Shown here: piece after piece, positions 62,806-64,000 of the stretch
How the letters are laid out: the number at the start of each line of letters is the position of its first letter
Numbering within the stretch: the first letter of the stretch is position 1
Source: an uncultured Planctomycetota bacterium
Lineage (GTDB): Bacteria > Planctomycetota > Planctomycetia > Pirellulales > Lacipirellulaceae
Direction of reading: 5' to 3'
DNA length: 64,000 nucleotides
Assembly: GCA_963847875.1 (NCBI GenBank)
Contig: CAWKBR010000005.1
Location: forward strand, 81,635 to 145,634
Notes under the pieces: generated by a model
Told to the model about the DNA's origin: nothing
Database searches by the model: none
Seen by the model: only the letters and a program-made list of their open reading frames with translations
Program-made: the position numbers and the translations under genes

Positions 62806-63438
62806 ATGACTGCTTTCGCAAGCTCCGCGCTGAATTCAAGCGTTTTGCTGTTGAATCGCCAATACGTCGCCATCCACGTGGTCGACGTGCGCCGCGCATT
62901 TATTCTGCTGATGCGCCGACTGGCCGAAGTGATTCACATCGAAGACGGTCAGTGGGGCAATTACGACTTTGAGTCGTGGCGCGAGGTGAGCGACCTACAA
63001 GCGGAGTTCAAGGAACCGCACCAGGACTGGATTCAGGCCGTCAATTTCGAAATCCAGGTGCCGCGCGTGCTGCGATTGTTGCACTACGATCGCGTGCCGA
63101 AGCAGCGCGTGCGATTGAACCGCCGCAACATCTTCGCCCGCGACGGCAACCACTGCCAGTATTGCGGCAAGCGATTCGCCACGAGCGAATTGAGCCTTGA
63201 CCACGTGCTGCCGACCTGCCGCGGCGGCGATACGTCGTGGGAGAACTTGGTCTGCGCCTGCGTGCGGTGCAACGTACGCAAGGGCGGTCGAACGCCAAGC
63301 GAAGCGGGCATCAAGCTCATCAAGCCACCGGTCCGCCCAAAGACCAGCCCGCTGCTGACCGTCAAGCTCGGCAGCCCCAAGTACGCCAGTTGGAAGACGT
63401 TCCTAGACAACGCCTACTGGTCGGTCGATCTGAGATAG
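62806..63438 (+). CDS. HNH endonuclease family protein
   Basis: It has the HNH/zinc motif GNHCQYCGKRFATSELSLDHVLPTCRGGDTSWENLVCACVRCNVRKG. The ATG at 62806 is preferred over the ORF-track start. Confidence 0.8.
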   Translation: MTAFASSALNSSVLLLNRQYVAIHVVDVRRAFILLMRRLAEVIHIEDGQWGNYDFESWREVSDLQAEFKEPHQDWIQAVNFEIQVPRVLRLLHYDRVPKQRVRLNRRNIFARDGNHCQYCGKRFATSELSLDHVLPTCRGGDTSWENLVCACVRCNVRKGGRTPSEAGIKLIKPPVRPKTSPLLTVKLGSPKYASWKTFLDNAYWSVDLR

Positions 63439-63504
63439 CGCGCTCATTTATTCGCTCGCGCGCCTCGCCGGACTGATCGCTTCAGCGACGAGTTCAGCAA
63501 CGCC

Positions 63505-63789
63505 CTAAGCATCCCCGCACAGCGGCTTCTCCGCCTTCTCGGTGATCACCGGGCATTGCGGCGCCATCTCCGCGTTGAGCTCAGTGAAGCCCTTCCACTC
63601 TTCCGGCACGTTGTCTTCGTGGAAGATCGCCTCGACGGGACACTCCGGCACGCACGCTTCGCAATCGATGCACTCGTCCGGATGGATGTACAGAATTTGC
63701 TCGCCTTCGTAAAAGCATTCGACCGGGCAGACCACCACACAGTCGGTGTACTTACATCCGAAGCAAGGTTCGCAAACGACGTGCGTCAT
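63505..63789 (-). CDS. fdxA: 7Fe-type (3Fe-4S/4Fe-4S) ferredoxin
   Basis: [29 protein letters not shown]...[21 protein letters not shown] shows the classic FdxA cysteine spacing. Confidence 0.85.
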   Translation of the reverse strand: MTHVVCEPCFGCKYTDCVVVCPVECFYEGEQILYIHPDECIDCEACVPECPVEAIFHEDNVPEEWKGFTELNAEMAPQCPVITEKAEKPLCGDA

Positions 63790-64000
63790 TTCTCAGAATC
63801 TCCCTAATTGGCGAGGCACAACCTGTTGGCAAGACATCCTGTTGGCAAGACGTCGTGCGGCAAGAAACCAATTCGTGCCGCGCCAAGCGTTCGGGCACTC
63901 GTGGCGGCGTCGCTCCCGTCGTCGGACAAATGTCGGCAAGTTCTTGCCAACAAAGCACTTGGAAGCCGCCGCAGGCCCCGTTTTCGGCAATCCTAGTGCC

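Overview
Visibly GC-rich bacterial chromosomal segment. The gene content points to Planctomycetota, which is an inference: a DUF1559/H-X9-DG pseudopilin-like protein, a PVC-type CxxCH heme protein, cyclophilins carrying dockerin-like repeats plus PEP-CTERM anchors, and a PEGA lipoprotein. Backbone genes are sugar/glycan enzymes (GH97, xylA, GH15, GH31, GH42), an Mla-type ABC lipid transporter, a B12-binding radical SAM enzyme, a PP2C phosphatase, an LptF/G permease, a histidine kinase / sigma54 activator / HD-GYP / PilZ / CBS signalling cluster, dapA and a ferredoxin. The accessory layer holds three IS elements: an intact IS4-like element with a 9-bp TSD, an IS110-family element with a structured 5' leader, and an IS1380-family element whose TSD contains a neighbouring stop codon. 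It also holds two nested cargo-free large-serine-recombinase (LSR) mini-elements, a 390-bp DUF4926 cassette bracketed by diverged copies of an aldolase gene 3' end next to a tandem GIY-YIG nuclease gene, and a ~60-bp REP-like repeat family. I saw no rRNA, tRNA or CRISPR array. I infer about 27 single-nucleotide frame changes and 2 in-frame stops inside otherwise well-conserved genes, so many CDS below span several ORF-track entries. These look more like homopolymer/GC-run assembly errors than biology, but I cannot prove that from the sequence alone. The most novel-looking candidates are the nested LSR elements and the aldolase-3'-end/DUF4926/GIY-YIG locus.
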